DNA of 64,000 nt from Vicugna vicugna (lineage: Eukaryota): assembly GCA_013265495.1 (NCBI GenBank), contig MU058213.1, positions 992,001 through 1,056,000 of the forward strand, read 5' to 3'. The notes under the pieces were generated by a model. The model made no database searches, was not told the DNA's origin, and saw nothing but the letters and a program-made list of their open reading frames with translations. The position numbers and the translations under genes are program-made. Positions 1 to 12,720 of the stretch are shown piece by piece (positions within the stretch are counted from its first letter, which is position 1; every line of letters begins with the position of its first letter).

Positions 1-2868
1 ACAAGTATTTTGGAAACAGTAATGAGTAGGTACTTTGCCAAAGGCTAGACTTCCAAGAGCTACGTATTAACAACCCGTTACATATAGTAGAGGGAGGCTA
101 AGGCCCTTACACTCACCAGAGGCAAGATATTTAAACATCAAACATCACTCTGACAGCTGACTTCCCCTTTATCTTATCTCTATCTCGGGAAAGTATCCAA
201 AGAGAAATAGGTCAGAAATCAGTCTATTATTGTCTTTTTATGGTCCCTTTCCATCTTAACCAATGAGATGACTCTGCAGAAACAACTATACCAGAACTGG
301 GTCAGTTTGGAAGGTATATAAACCTTAGCTGCTGAAACTGAGAAGACTCTCACCTGGGCAATGCTTGTTCCTATTGCCTCTGTCACTTCCAACCCTACTT
401 TCCACTCTTCCCCTGGGCAGCCCTGAGGAAGAGGACTAAGCTTGTTCAGCCTCAACCAGGGTGAAGACTGTGGGAAGACAAGACGACAAGGTCCCAAGAT
501 CACATGAAAAGCCTAGAAATGTGACGTGGCAGCAAGAGTCAGGGAGGAATTAGAAATGGGAGTGGACACACCTACTGACTAAGCCTGCTCGGGGACCTGG
601 TGAAACAGAAGCAGCTAGCAGAAGATAAGCCTAGCCACAGTGAATCAGCCTGGACAGAGCTTCCAGCAAGACAAGGGAGGGTTGATGTCATGTAACTAAC
701 AGGGTGAGGCTTCCCTGCAAGGCTCTTCATTCCCTTTTTCACTCACACTACTCTCGTTTTATCCCTCATTGCCTTGTGAGTCCCTCAGATACCTCACTTA
801 TGACACCTCAGACCTTATTTTCATTGTTTATGGATCCATCCACCTCCCACTAGATTATATGCTCTTTAAGCCATCTTTGAACCCCTCTAGGTTGGCTTAG
901 CTCCTTGCCAACAGTTAGTGGGGCTTTTGTGTTGGTTTTATTTAAGACAGAGGTAGGGCAAGAGAAGGAAAAAAGCTAGGAGAACTGGGAAGAGACATAG
1001 CAAAGGCAAACTGCACAGACCCACCTCGGGACTTTTCCTGAAGCTGCAAAACACAGTTGAAATGGGGGAGGAGTCAGAGAGTTAGAGAAGAGATTCGTGG
1101 AGTAGTTGGCAAAGAAAGAGTAAATGCTGATGTAGGAACTGCAGGAGAAGGAAAAATAAGGATTTGGAATCTGAAGTACTGTGACTAAAGCCACAAAAAC
1201 TGTAGGCGATGAAGAAAAGAGAAAGGGGCTTAAAATAAATAATACTAAAATATAAACACACATCAAAGAAGATTTATGACAATTCAAAGGAACACCTGAT
1301 TAAAGAGTAAGGACAAAAATGGAGATGGGCTAAATTTTATGATAACAGTCAAAATCTGACAAAATAATGCTGGTACAGATTTAAGGTGCATAGTAGCTTG
1401 CAAGGAAAATAAAAACCATCTGTCCTTCTACAATACAATTTTTTGAGGCCTGCCTGGCAATGATGAGGTAATTTCAACAGAGTCTAATGGAAGAGCACTG
1501 GAAAGGCGGGTTCGGGGGACATGCAGAGAGGGGCACCGAACATGCTGGGTCAGCCTAGGAGGGCCTCAGACCTTCTCAGGGTTACACCCATCCCTGTGAG
1601 CGTAAGGAGATAGCAGTCATCTTTCTTATTGCATCCTACCACAATGACAACACTCAAGAGGTCCCTGATTAATGCAGATGATTCACTGGAAGTTTTGCTA
1701 ACTTGCATTTTGTCAGTCAAGGAATCCTAAAGTGTGGGCACCCAAGAGTAATTGTTTCTGATGCCTCAGACACCTCAGGAACAAGGCTGGCAGCAATAAC
1801 TCAGTAAATGACCAGTCCCTGAATCCCCAAAATCTGACTCATATGATTCTCTCTCCTTCCCCAAACTCCCACGTACAATACTCTTCACTTTTCATACAGC
1901 ATACGTGCACATCTTTCTTAGCTCCCCTATTAAATCATAAGCATCTTGGCAACATGTATCTACTTGGTTCATTTTTTATATCCCATTGTGAATGTTGGCA
2001 AAAATAAATGCCTTATACGACAATTCAAATAAGCCTATAATAAAAACTAAGTGTCTCTCTAGGCTATGAATTGAAGTAGGAGAAAAATCCTGAATCATCA
2101 GCACCCCCTCCACTGAACCCTGACATTAACACGGATACTCCATATGGTTACTATAACCCATACATATACCCATCTAACCCTTACGGCATGTTTTTGATGT
2201 AAACAATTCAGGAATTTCTACACTAAAGAGCATAATAGGCCTTCCAGAAATTATATATATGCACACATACAGAGCAAATATTTGTTGAATGAAAGAATGA
2301 TATAATGAACTCCCGTACACCTACCACTTAGGTTCAGAAATAAATAGACCATTACTCTTCAATCGAATATATTCTTCAACATTTCATTTTCCCCCCATCT
2401 TCACTCACCACACCATTGTTCAGTCATACCAAACCATGGGTTTGCTGTACCCTGAAAAAGCCCTGCTGCCTCACATTTCTGAGCCTTTCCTCCATCGGGA
2501 ACACAATCCCGCCCCTTTTTCAGCCAGCAGACTCCTTCCTACTTCCCCTTCATATCCGTGTTAGAAGACTCCTCTCAGAAGACTCTCCTGACTTACCCTC
2601 ATTGGCACTCTATTCTCAACATCCCCATTACCTCCTACAACCTTCCCCTAGAATCCTTATCCACTAAATGATGACTTGGCTTGCCTATCTCCCTTTAGAG
2701 ACTGCGGGCTACTTGACAAGAGGCGGGCACCTTATTCATCTTCGTCTCTTTTGCACTCAACACAGGGCCTGCATATAATAATTTCTTAATAAACGTTTGT
2801 TATAAGAATGTTCCTGGCCTCAGACATTATACTGTAAGAGGATAGGTTAAGTAATTCATCTTAACTTA

Positions 2869-5800
2869 CACTTCGTCTCTGTGTCACATTTTGGTAATTC
2901 CCGCAATATCTGAGACTTTTTCATCATTGTTATATTTGTTCTGGTGATCTGTGATCTTTGATGATACTATTGTAACTGTTTCGGGGCGCCATGAACCATG
3001 CCCATATAAGATGGTGAACTTAAATGATAACTGTTGTGTGTGTTCTGACTGCTCCACCAACTACTGACTATTCTCCCTCTCCTCAGGCCTCCCTACCCCT
3101 GAGACACAACAATGTTGATATTGGACAAATTAATAACCTTACAATGGCCTCTAAGTACTCAAGTAAAATGAAGAGTCACAGGTCTCTTACCTTAAATCAA
3201 AAGCTAGAAATGATTAAGCTTAGTAAAGAAGGCACACAGAAAGCTGAGATAGGCTGAAAGCTCTTACACTAAATAGTTAGCCAAGACTTTCAATGCAAAG
3301 AAAAAGTTCTTGAAGGAAATTAAAAGTGCTATTCCAGTGAACATACACATGATAAGAAAGTGAAACAGCCTTACAGCTGATAAGGAGAAAGTTTTGGTGG
3401 TTTAAACAGAAGATCAAACCAGCCACAACATTCCCTTAAGCCAAAGACGAATACAGAGCCAAGGCCTAACTCTGTAAAGGCTGAGAGAGGTAAGGAAGCT
3501 GCAGAAGAAAAGTCTGAAGTTAGCAGAAGTTGGTTCATGAGGTTGTAGGAAAGAAGGCATCTCCATAATGTAAAAGTGCAAAGTGAAGCACGAAGTGTTG
3601 ATGTAGAAGCTGCCGCAGTTCTCCAGAAGATCTAGCTAAGATAGTGATGGCGGCCACAATAAACAACAGGTTTTCAGTGTAGACAAACAGCTTTATTTAA
3701 GTAATGCCATCTAAGACTAGGATAGCTGAAGAGAACTCAATGCCTGGCTTCAAAGCTTCGAACGACAGGCTGACTCTCCTGTTAAGGGCCGATGGAGCTG
3801 GTCACTTTAAGTTGAAGTCAGTGCTCATTTACCATTCTAAAAATCCAAGGGCCCTTGAGAATTATGCTAAAACTACTCTACATATGCTCTATAAATGGAA
3901 CAACAAAGTTTGGATGACAGCACATCTGTTGACAACATGGTTTACTGAATAGTTTAAGCTCACTGTTGAGACCAAGTGCTCAGAGAAAAAAATTCCTTTC
4001 AAAATATTTCTGCTCCTTGATAATGTACCTGGTCACCCAAGGGCTCTGATGGAGATGCACAACGAGATTAATGTTGTTTTCATGCCTGTGAACACAACAT
4101 CCATTCTGCAGCTCACTGATCAGGAGTCATACTGACTTTCAAGTTCTATTCTTTTAGAAATACTTTTCATAAGGCTATAGCTGCCATAGATACTGATTCC
4201 TCTGATGGAATTGGGCAAAGTAATTGAACCATTCTAAAAAAGATATGCCATTCTAGATCGCATTAAGAACATTTGTGATTCATGGGAAGAGGTCAAACAT
4301 CATCATTAACAGGTATTTGGAAGAAGTTGATTCCAACCCTCATGGATGACTCTGAAGAGCCCAAGACTTCATTGGAGGAAGTAACTGCAGATACGGTTGA
4401 AAGAGCAAGAGAACTAGTATTAGAAGGGAGCCTGGAGATGTGGATGAGGAGATGCTTCTTATGGATGAGCAAGGAAAGTGGGGTTTTTTTTCCTTTTTCC
4501 TTTTTTTTTTTTTTGAGAGGGAATCTACTCTTGGTGAAGATGCTCTGAAGGTGGTTGAAATGACAACAAAGGACTGAGAATACTACATAAAAGCAGTGGC
4601 AGGATTTGAGAGGATTGACTCCCAATTTTGAAAGAAGTTCTACATTAAAATGCTATCAAACAGCACTGTATGCAACAGAGAAATTGTTCATAAAAGGAAG
4701 AGTCAATCAATGCAGCAAAAGTCTCTTCAGCAAATGGTGTTGGGAAAACTGGACAGCAGCATGTAAAACAATGAAGCTAGAACACACCCTTACACCATAT
4801 ACAAAAATCAACTCAAAATGGATCAAAGACTTAAACATAAGACAAGATACAATAAACCTCCTAGAGGAAAACATAGGCAAAACATTATCTGACATACATT
4901 TCAAAAATTTTCTCCTAGAAGAAATAAAAGCAAGAATAAACAAATGGGACCTAATGAAACTTACAAGCTTCTGCACAGCAAAGGAAACCAGAAGTAAAAC
5001 AAGAAGAAAACCTATGGAATGGGNNNNNNNNNNNNNNNNNNNNNNNNNNNNNNNNNNNNNNNNNNNNNNNNNNNNNNNNNNNNNNNNNNNNNNNNNNNNN
5101 NNNNNNNNNNNNNNNNNNNNNNNNNNNNNNNNNNNNNNNNNNNNNNNNNNNNNNNNNNNNNNNNNNNNNNNNNNNNNNNNNNNNNNNNNNNNNNNNNNNN
5201 NNNNNNNNNNNNNNNNNNNNNNNNNNNNNNNNNNNNNNNNNNNNNNNNNNNNNNNNNNNNNNNNNNNNNNNNNNNNNNNNNNNNNNNNNNNNNNNNNNNN
5301 NNNNNNNNNNNNNNNNNNNNNNNNNNNNNNNNNNNNNNNNNNNNNNNNNNNNNNNNNNNNNNNNNNNNNNNNNNNNNNNNNNNNNNNNNNNNNNNNNNNN
5401 NNNNNNNNNNNNNNNNNNNNNNNNNNNNNNNNNNNNNNNNNNNNNNNNNNNNNNNNNNNNNNNNNNNNNNNNNNNNNNNNNNNNNNNNNNNNNNATTTGC
5501 AGCAACATGGATGCTCCTGGAGAATGTCATTCTAAGTGAAGTAAGCCAGAAAGAGAAAGAAAAATACCATATGAGATCGCTCATATGTGGAATCTAAAAA
5601 ACAAAAACAAAAACAAACAAACAAACAAAAACAAAGCGTAAATACAGGACAGAAATAGACTCATAGACAGAGAATACAGACTTGTGGTTGCCAGGGGGGT
5701 GGAGGGTGGGAAGGGATAGACTGGGATTTCAAAATTGTAGAATAGATAAACAAGATTATACTGTATAGCACAGGGAAATATACACAAAATGTTATGATAA

Positions 5801-6310
5801 CTCACAGAGAAAAAAATGTGACAATGAGTGTGTATATGTCCATGAATGACTGAAAAATTGTGCTGAACACTGGAATTTGACACAACATTGTAAAGTGATT
5901 ATAAATCAATAAAAAAATGTTAAAAAAATTTAAAAAAAATCAATGCAGCAAATTTCACTGCTGTCTTATTTTAACAAATTGCCACAGCCATCTCAGCCTT
6001 CAGCAACCACCATCCTGATCGGCCAGCAGCCATAAATATTGATGCAAGACCCTCCACTAGAAAAAGAATATGACCTGCTGAAGGCTCAGATGATAGTTAA
6101 CATTTTTTAGCAATACAGTATTTTTAAATTAACGTATGTACATTGTTTTTTTTAAACATAATGCTATTGCACACTTGATAGACTACCATATAGTGTAAAT
6201 ACATCTTCTATATGCACTAGGAAATCAAGAAATTATTGTAAGACTCACTTATTGTGATATTCGCTTTATTGCCGTAGTCCAGAACCGAACCCACCTATCT
6301 CTGAGGTATG
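2869..6310 (+). mobile_element. Tigger1 DNA transposon, left end missing, transposase disrupted, interrupted by L1
   Basis: ORF pieces [45 protein letters not shown]...[13 protein letters not shown] and GIWKKLIPTLMDD are Tigger1-transposase-like. Right end ...gaaccgaacccacctatctctgaggtatg followed by TA. Confidence 0.92.
4720..5937 (+). mobile_element. Young 5'-truncated L1 (ORF2 C-terminus + 3'UTR + A tail); gap at 5024-5494
   Basis: Open ORF2 peptides [11 protein letters not shown]...[14 protein letters not shown] and FAATWMLLENVILSEVSQKEKEKYHMRSLICGI*. Perfect 15-bp TSD AATCAATGCAGCAAA at 4705-4719 and 5938-5952. Confidence 0.95.
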
Positions 6311-6757
6311 TATCAAGGCCTAGACCTCAAAAGCGGTAGAGCTGGGATTCAAACCCATGTCTACTCTAAAAGCCAAACATTCTTTCCACTCCATCTCGCT
6401 TCTCCCCTAGTTAAAATAGTAGATTTCATTAAGAAAAAACTCCCCTCTCCCATTCCAAAATTGTTCCTTTTTGCGTTGCGATGGAAAACTGCTATTAAAC
6501 TGGTCCGTGCCATCAGGTGAGACTTAAGAATGTCTCATCTAAGACAATCTGTCAAAGCCACAGCAATCAGCCTGGCATCCATCCTGAGTATTCCAATTGG
6601 CTCTGACCACAAAACAAGGCTCTGCCAAAAGATAAGTTTAGAGAATAACAGCAAAAAAAATCATCTCCCAAGGACTAAAATTTTAATAAATGGATGATTC
6701 CAGGTTCATCTATTTCTATACATGAATAAAATGAAAGGGTTAATTCAAGATTTTTAG

Positions 6758-6881
6758 ATTTCTTTGTGGGGGGGTAGTAATTAGATTTGTTTGTTTATTT
6801 AAATGGAGGTACTGGGGATTAAACCCAGGACCTTACGCATGCTAAGCACACACTCTACCACTGAGCTATACCCTCCCCACT
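6758..6881 (-). mobile_element. tRNA-Ala-derived SINE
   Basis: Reverse strand gggtatagctcagtggtagag...cctgggtttaatccccagtacctcca plus A-rich tail. TSD AAGATTTTTAG at 6747-6757 and 6882-6892. Confidence 0.9.
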
Positions 6882-7774
6882 AAGATTTTTAGCTTTTTTT
6901 GTAACTCCTGAAATAATCCTGCATGCACTGTGAAGTCAGCTTCCAGCTGGCACTGAAATTATTTGAATTTCATGAAGAAAACAAGAACCTTGAAAATTAA
7001 TGAATATATTTTGTCACCATCAAGCAGCAAAAGTTATATAATCTTATTTCTCTAGAATTTTATGTGACATGGCAGAGCTTTAGAATGAATATTTTTAGAC
7101 TCTGCAGTTCTTTAATATTCCTGTAAAGATTATTCTGGGAAGTAGGTCTCTTTACAAGCACAGTCTTAAAATGTACATCAGGAAAAAAAATTACTATTTC
7201 TATCTACAATTAGCTAGTGGTGTTTGAGGACACATTACAAAATTCTCAATAGGAAACATTACCAAAGGTAAAACAGAAACACCAACAAGGAAAGGAGTCA
7301 TACTGATCACCTTCACTGCAAGGCTTTTTGTTTGATTAGGATGAAGAAAACTCCTAACTTTCCTTTCCTTTACTTAATTCTTACAATATGCTTTATAACT
7401 GCTTTTATTAAAGAAGCCACTCATTCAACAAACAGCCCCAAAGTCACTCTGCTAATAAATGACAGGGGCAGGATTCAAACCCAGGACAATCTCTGACTTC
7501 AAACATGTTTAAGACGTATAAGGAAGAATAAGATAGACAATCCCAATGAATCACTTTCTCCTGATTGTGACAAAAGTTACCCAATTAAGCAAAATAATTC
7601 ACACTTTTCCTATTATTTTCAACACTTGCTCCCAATTTAGAGAGAAGTATAAAACATGTTAAATATGTACCTCTGAATATAGATGTCTTCCTCCTACACA
7701 GAATATTGATCACTCTGACAAATGATTCGGTGCTGAAAGTCATGGGTAATTTTAAACATCTCAATGTGGTAAAA

Positions 7775-8275
7775 TTTTTTCTTCCAGTTTTGTTCAGAAA
7801 TAATTGACATATACCACCGTAAACATTTAAGAGGTACAGCGTAATGATTTGCCTGTACATGAAATGATTACCACATAAATTTACCATAAATTTAGTGAAC
7901 ATCCATCATCTCATATGCAACATGAAATAAAAATTAAAAAATGTGTTTTTCCTTGTGATGAGAACTCTCAGGATTTATTCTCTTACCAATTTTCATATAT
8001 AACACACAGCAGTGTTAAGTATATTAATCATGTTGTACATTACATCCCTAGTACTTATTTACCTTGTAACTGGAAGCTTGTAACTTTAGATCACCCTCAT
8101 CCAACCCTCCCCCACCAACCCTGGTTATCTCTGGTAACTACAAATCTAATCTCTTTTTCTGTGAGTTTATCTGTTTATTTTTGAGGTATAATTGACCTAC
8201 AACACTGTGGTCGTTTTCGGAGCACAACATAGTGACTTGATATTTCTATACACTGCAAAGTGATCACCATTCAAC
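7775..8275 (-). mobile_element. L1 3'UTR fragment(s)
   Basis: Typical L1 3' end motifs in antisense (gatgagaactctcaggattta..., ttgaggtataattgacctacaac...). Confidence 0.7.
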
Positions 8276-8609
8276 ATGGTAAATTTTGAGGGAATCCGAC
8301 ATCATATATATTATATGAAACAATACAAATAAGTAGTTCCCTCCAGTTCATAACAGATGGCTCTATTTGTTTTCCTCCAAGCTCTGGGGACAGACACTTC
8401 TAGCTGAGATCATGGTCTGGTGCTAACTTGGGGCACACTGCGGGGCCTTCATGACCTGGCTCCTGCCAACTTCTCCAGTCCCATCTCTTAACCATTCCTG
8501 CTTGCACTTGACCTTCTAACAACTGCAAACAACATCTGGTTCCTCCATTCCTATTTCTTTTATTCACCTTATCCCCAAGCCTGGAAAAACCTTTTCTCCT
8601 TCCTCATCA

Positions 8610-10080
8610 CCATTTCATGACTGTGTGTCCTTTGGGTGCCCCCCTTTCAGCAGCATTTGACCACTGGCCTTGGCAACCTACCTGGACACTCCTTCCCTGG
8701 CTTCTGAGGCACCTCATTCTCATGGTTCCCTCCTACCTCTCAAATCACTCCTTTTCATTTTCCTGTGCCAGGTCTGCTTTCTCTACCAAACCTCTAAATG
8801 GTGGAATTGCCCAGATCTCTGAGCTGAGTCTCCTCTCTTCCAATGCAGCATTAAGAGTCTAGGCTTTAGGACCAGACTGGGTTTGTTGTTTACCAGCCCT
8901 GGGGCTTTCCCTTGCGTTACAATGAGAGTAATACTAATGCCTATGACAGAGTTGTCATGAGGATTAAAACAGTATTAGCCATCCTCATTAATAGTATGAT
9001 TAGTAATCACTATTATTATTTTTATATTTACAATGTATCCTACCCAACCCTATAAGGTTAAATAGCAATTTCCCCCCAAATTTCTATCTCTAGCCCAGAT
9101 CTTTCTATTGAACATCAAACACACAGACCTCCCTAAGGTCTCTATTTAGATGTCTCATAGGCATCTTAAATTTAATGAGTCGAAAATAGAACTCTTCTTC
9201 AATCTTCCTTTAAATCTGTCCTTTCTGCATTTTCTCCATCTCATTAACAGACAGGCACCTCTACCCAGCTAGTTAGCTACTCTTGGGAGAAACTGATTCT
9301 CAGCGCCACTCCCTCCTACACCCCTTTATTAAATCCATCATTTAGTCCTACCTCCAATGCATACACAGCTAGCTTCTGTCCAACTCTCTCCACCTCCACA
9401 GCCACCACCCCCGTCCTAGCACCATCATCTTTCACCCTGATGCGGAAAGCTGTATCAAGCTTTCCCTTTCCCATTCTCTATTCAGTAGCCATAGTGGTCT
9501 TTTTGAGATGGAAAAATCTGATGACGTCTTATCCTTAATTAAAACCCATAATAACTTGGGATAAAACATTCACGTAACCCTCTAGAGCTTTGCATTACTT
9601 GGCACCTCCTCCAGAAGGTTTTAGAGAACCAGCCTCATTTCATGACAGTCCCTACTACCTCACTGCTTAGCCTCTTTCTCCACCCCACCAAGGGTCAACT
9701 GCACTGGTTTCCCTTCCACCACTTAAACAATCCATGCTGCCTCAAGCATCAAGACCTCTCATGCTTCAACTTGGCCTGGAACACTTAGCCTCACTGGATG
9801 TGTGACTGATCCCTAAGTAGGATCTTTCACATCTCTAAGATTAGTATCTTTCACATCTCAGTTTGAGTATCTGTTATTTGGAAAGCCCCTCCCTGACCGC
9901 TCCATCTAAATTAAGCCTCTCTGTTATGCTTTCTCACATAATCCTGTACTTTTTCTTTACTATAAAGACCATGATGACAGAGACTGTTTCTATACTGCTC
10001 AAAACTAATATCCAGGGCTAAACATACTGTCTGATCCATATTAGGCATCTGATAGCTACCTATGAAATAAATGAATGTCC
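8610..10080 (+). mobile_element. Degenerate L2 with an embedded MIR-like piece
   Basis: L2-like motifs (ctttcagcagcatttgac, tctctagcccagatctt, ggcatcttaaatttaa), ending ...aaataaatgaatg. Confidence 0.6.
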
Positions 10081-11081
10081 TGTTTTATAACACCTAGGAC
10101 ACCACCAATAAGATACATTCTTAATGTGAAAAACCAATGTACATATTAGAATTGAGTAATTACAGCAGATTACTATTGCACACATTATTCTTACCCACAT
10201 CTCTGACACTATTTTATGTCTCTGCATTTTTTCCTTCTACTTTTTAAACTTTTATCTAAAAAAAACTTACAGCCTTTCTGGAATAAAACAGAATTTTAAA
10301 AATAAAACAAACCCATTTAAAAAACTCAGTTTCAGTGTTATGACATCCAGAAAGGCTTCCTTGGCCACTATGTTAAGGTTGAGGCTCCTGATTGGACTTT
10401 CCATAATATCCAGTTTTATCTCTGTGCACTTGCCACATTCCATTGCAATTATCTTCTCACAGGTCTATCTCTTTAACAAGACTGTAACTTCCCCGAGGAG
10501 AAAATATATGATGTATCCATTGGGATCACCCCCATATTTGGCCCAGAGCTTTGCAGAGTAGATGCTCAAAAGATGTCTGTTGAATGAATAAATAAATAAA
10601 TAGACAAGACTTTAGGAGTCACAGAGCTCCCACAGATTTGAAATGTGAAGGAATGCTATGCTAAAACAGAACACCAATCATGGCAAATGTGATAGAACTG
10701 AAAATCATTTTATTAGCTACCAAGTACAAGCATGAGTGAAAACAGTAACCTCGTCACCCACGCTTAAAAATACAAGGATGGTTTGCCGAAATGAAGCAGC
10801 ATTTCTCAACAGGAGGTTACTTGAAAGACGATGAACAGGACACACATAAACATGAAGAGCCTCTAGGTTTGTACAACATACTCATAGTTCTATTTTATGT
10901 GCCACCTGTCCCTCTGCCCATAGCTTGGGTAGACTTTTGATCAACAGAATCCTCATAACAACTAATTGAACAAAACTCGTAATTTCTACTTTGTAGCATT
11001 AATATTTTTAATTGCAATTACAACAGATTAGGCTAATAAGATTGCAGTGTTCACTTGATGTACTGGAGGCAGAACTAGGTG

Positions 11082-11562
11082 TGTAACCAAGCAGGACCCT
11101 ATGTGGCCTTCCCAGGACAGACCCCTCTCCTATATCCTCTGCTTTAGCCCCTCTCTGAAGTACCTAAATAGTACCTGACGTATATTTCCTGAGTTGTTTT
11201 ACAGATGCAAAAACCACCACCAAATGGAAGAAATTACTGCTTGATGACCATGAACATGTAGTCCCCCAGACCTACTGACGCAAGGATTGATAATGTTAAC
11301 CCCGTGACACCACCCTGTTACCTCACCGTCAACCAGAGATTCGTGCATGAGCTGATCGGATACCCTGGGATGCCCCTCCCTAACCTGGCCTTTAAAAATG
11401 CTTTGCCAAAACCCTTCGGAACATTTGGGTTTTTTTGTGCACAAGGCATCTGTTCTCCTTGTAAGACACCTTACAATAAATGCTGCACTTCTTCACCACA
11501 ATGGGGTGTCAGTAGATTAGCTTTACTAGCAGACAAAGGGACACAAGTTTGGTTCAATAACA
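11082..11562 (+). mobile_element. Solo LTR, ERV1-like (481 bp)
   Basis: TG...CA termini, 4-bp TSD GGTG at 11078-11081 and 11563-11566, TTTAAAA at 11391, AATAAA at 11475-11480. Confidence 0.88.
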
Positions 11563-12384
11563 GGTGTATGCAACCTAGGAGGCAGGTGCCCCCAGGGTTA
11601 CCCTGAAGGAGGAGAACCACAGAAGAAGTGGTGTTGGGCTCAGGCCAGCTGCTGGCCATGCTTGACTGTGGTGGTGACACAATTACTAGAGACCCGAGAA
11701 TCAGAAATGATTAGATACTGAGGTTATGAAACTCTGACTTAACAATTCCCAAACTTGTAGAGAGACCAAGGGTACACTCTTCTTCCCTCAGCTGTGACAG
11801 CCCTCATATGCCAAATGTATTACTGAGCTGACAAAGAAGAGCACCTGAATTGAGTGGCTGGGGTTCTCAATAGGACTGACAGGAACTGACACGACAGTGG
11901 GGATAACAGAAAGTGCAAATTCGATTGTTGCTCTATTTTAGATTGTAAAATCTCCTAGTCCATGAAATAAAGGACATTTGTTCTTGAGCAAGAGTTTTTC
12001 CAATTGCATAAGCTGAGAGAATATTTTGAGAGATAAATGCAGCACAAGCAAGCAGAGGTTCTGAAGGAGCCTGGGCCTCAACCTTTTCCTCAGATGTCAA
12101 GCTGGGGTCCTGGGACTGACTTGACCACACATTTTCAGTTGATCAAAATGGATGTCCCTGGAAATAAGAATTTCATTCTGTCTGTGATGAGTGAGGAAGA
12201 TGTTATTTCCTTCTATCCCTTTACAGTGGCTTCTCACTTGAAAAAAAACTGTGAGTTTATATATTTCTTCTTAATACATTAAAAAAATTAAGCATTGCAA
12301 AATTATCACGCTTAAAACTGCTTTCATTTTTTAATTATTATACATAGGTTAGTTTTCTCTTACTTGTTCTTTTCTAATTTTCTT

Positions 12385-12720
12385 TTTTCTTTTCAACTAA
12401 AGTACAGTCAGTTATAATGTGTCAATTTCTGATGTACAGCACTATGTCCCAGTCATGCATATACATACATATATTCACTTTCATATTCTTTTTCATTAAA
12501 GGTTATTACAAGATATTGAATATAGTTCCCTATGCTATATAGAAGAAACTTATTTGTTTCTTTAATCTACTTTTATATATAATGGCTAACATCTGCAAAT
12601 CTCAAACTCCCAAATTTATCCCATCCCACCCCCTCTCCCCAGCAACCATAAGATTGTTTACTATGTGTGTGAGTCTATTTCCGTTTTGTAGATGAGTTCA
12701 TAGTGTCCTTTTTTTTTCAC
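12385..12720 (-). mobile_element. L1 3'UTR fragment
   Basis: Similar in antisense to the 3'UTR of the L1 at 4720-5937. Flanked by TAATTTTCTT direct repeats. Confidence 0.8.

Noticed and set aside
105..125. Strong minus-strand donor CTG|GTGAGT as a MYO5A exon end
   Set aside because: No myosin-like coding sequence or convincing acceptor upstream; isolated donors are common.
3024..4700. Functional or domesticated Tigger transposase
   Set aside because: Multiple stops and frameshifts, a poly-T expansion and an L1 insertion.
4606..5597. Long ORFs of 185-309 aa
   Set aside because: Inflated by the N gap; the real parts are L1 ORF2 or Tigger1 fragments.
9822..9859. Micro-duplications (also about 31717, 44270, 55652)
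   Set aside because: Ordinary slippage-type tandem duplications, mostly inside old repeats.
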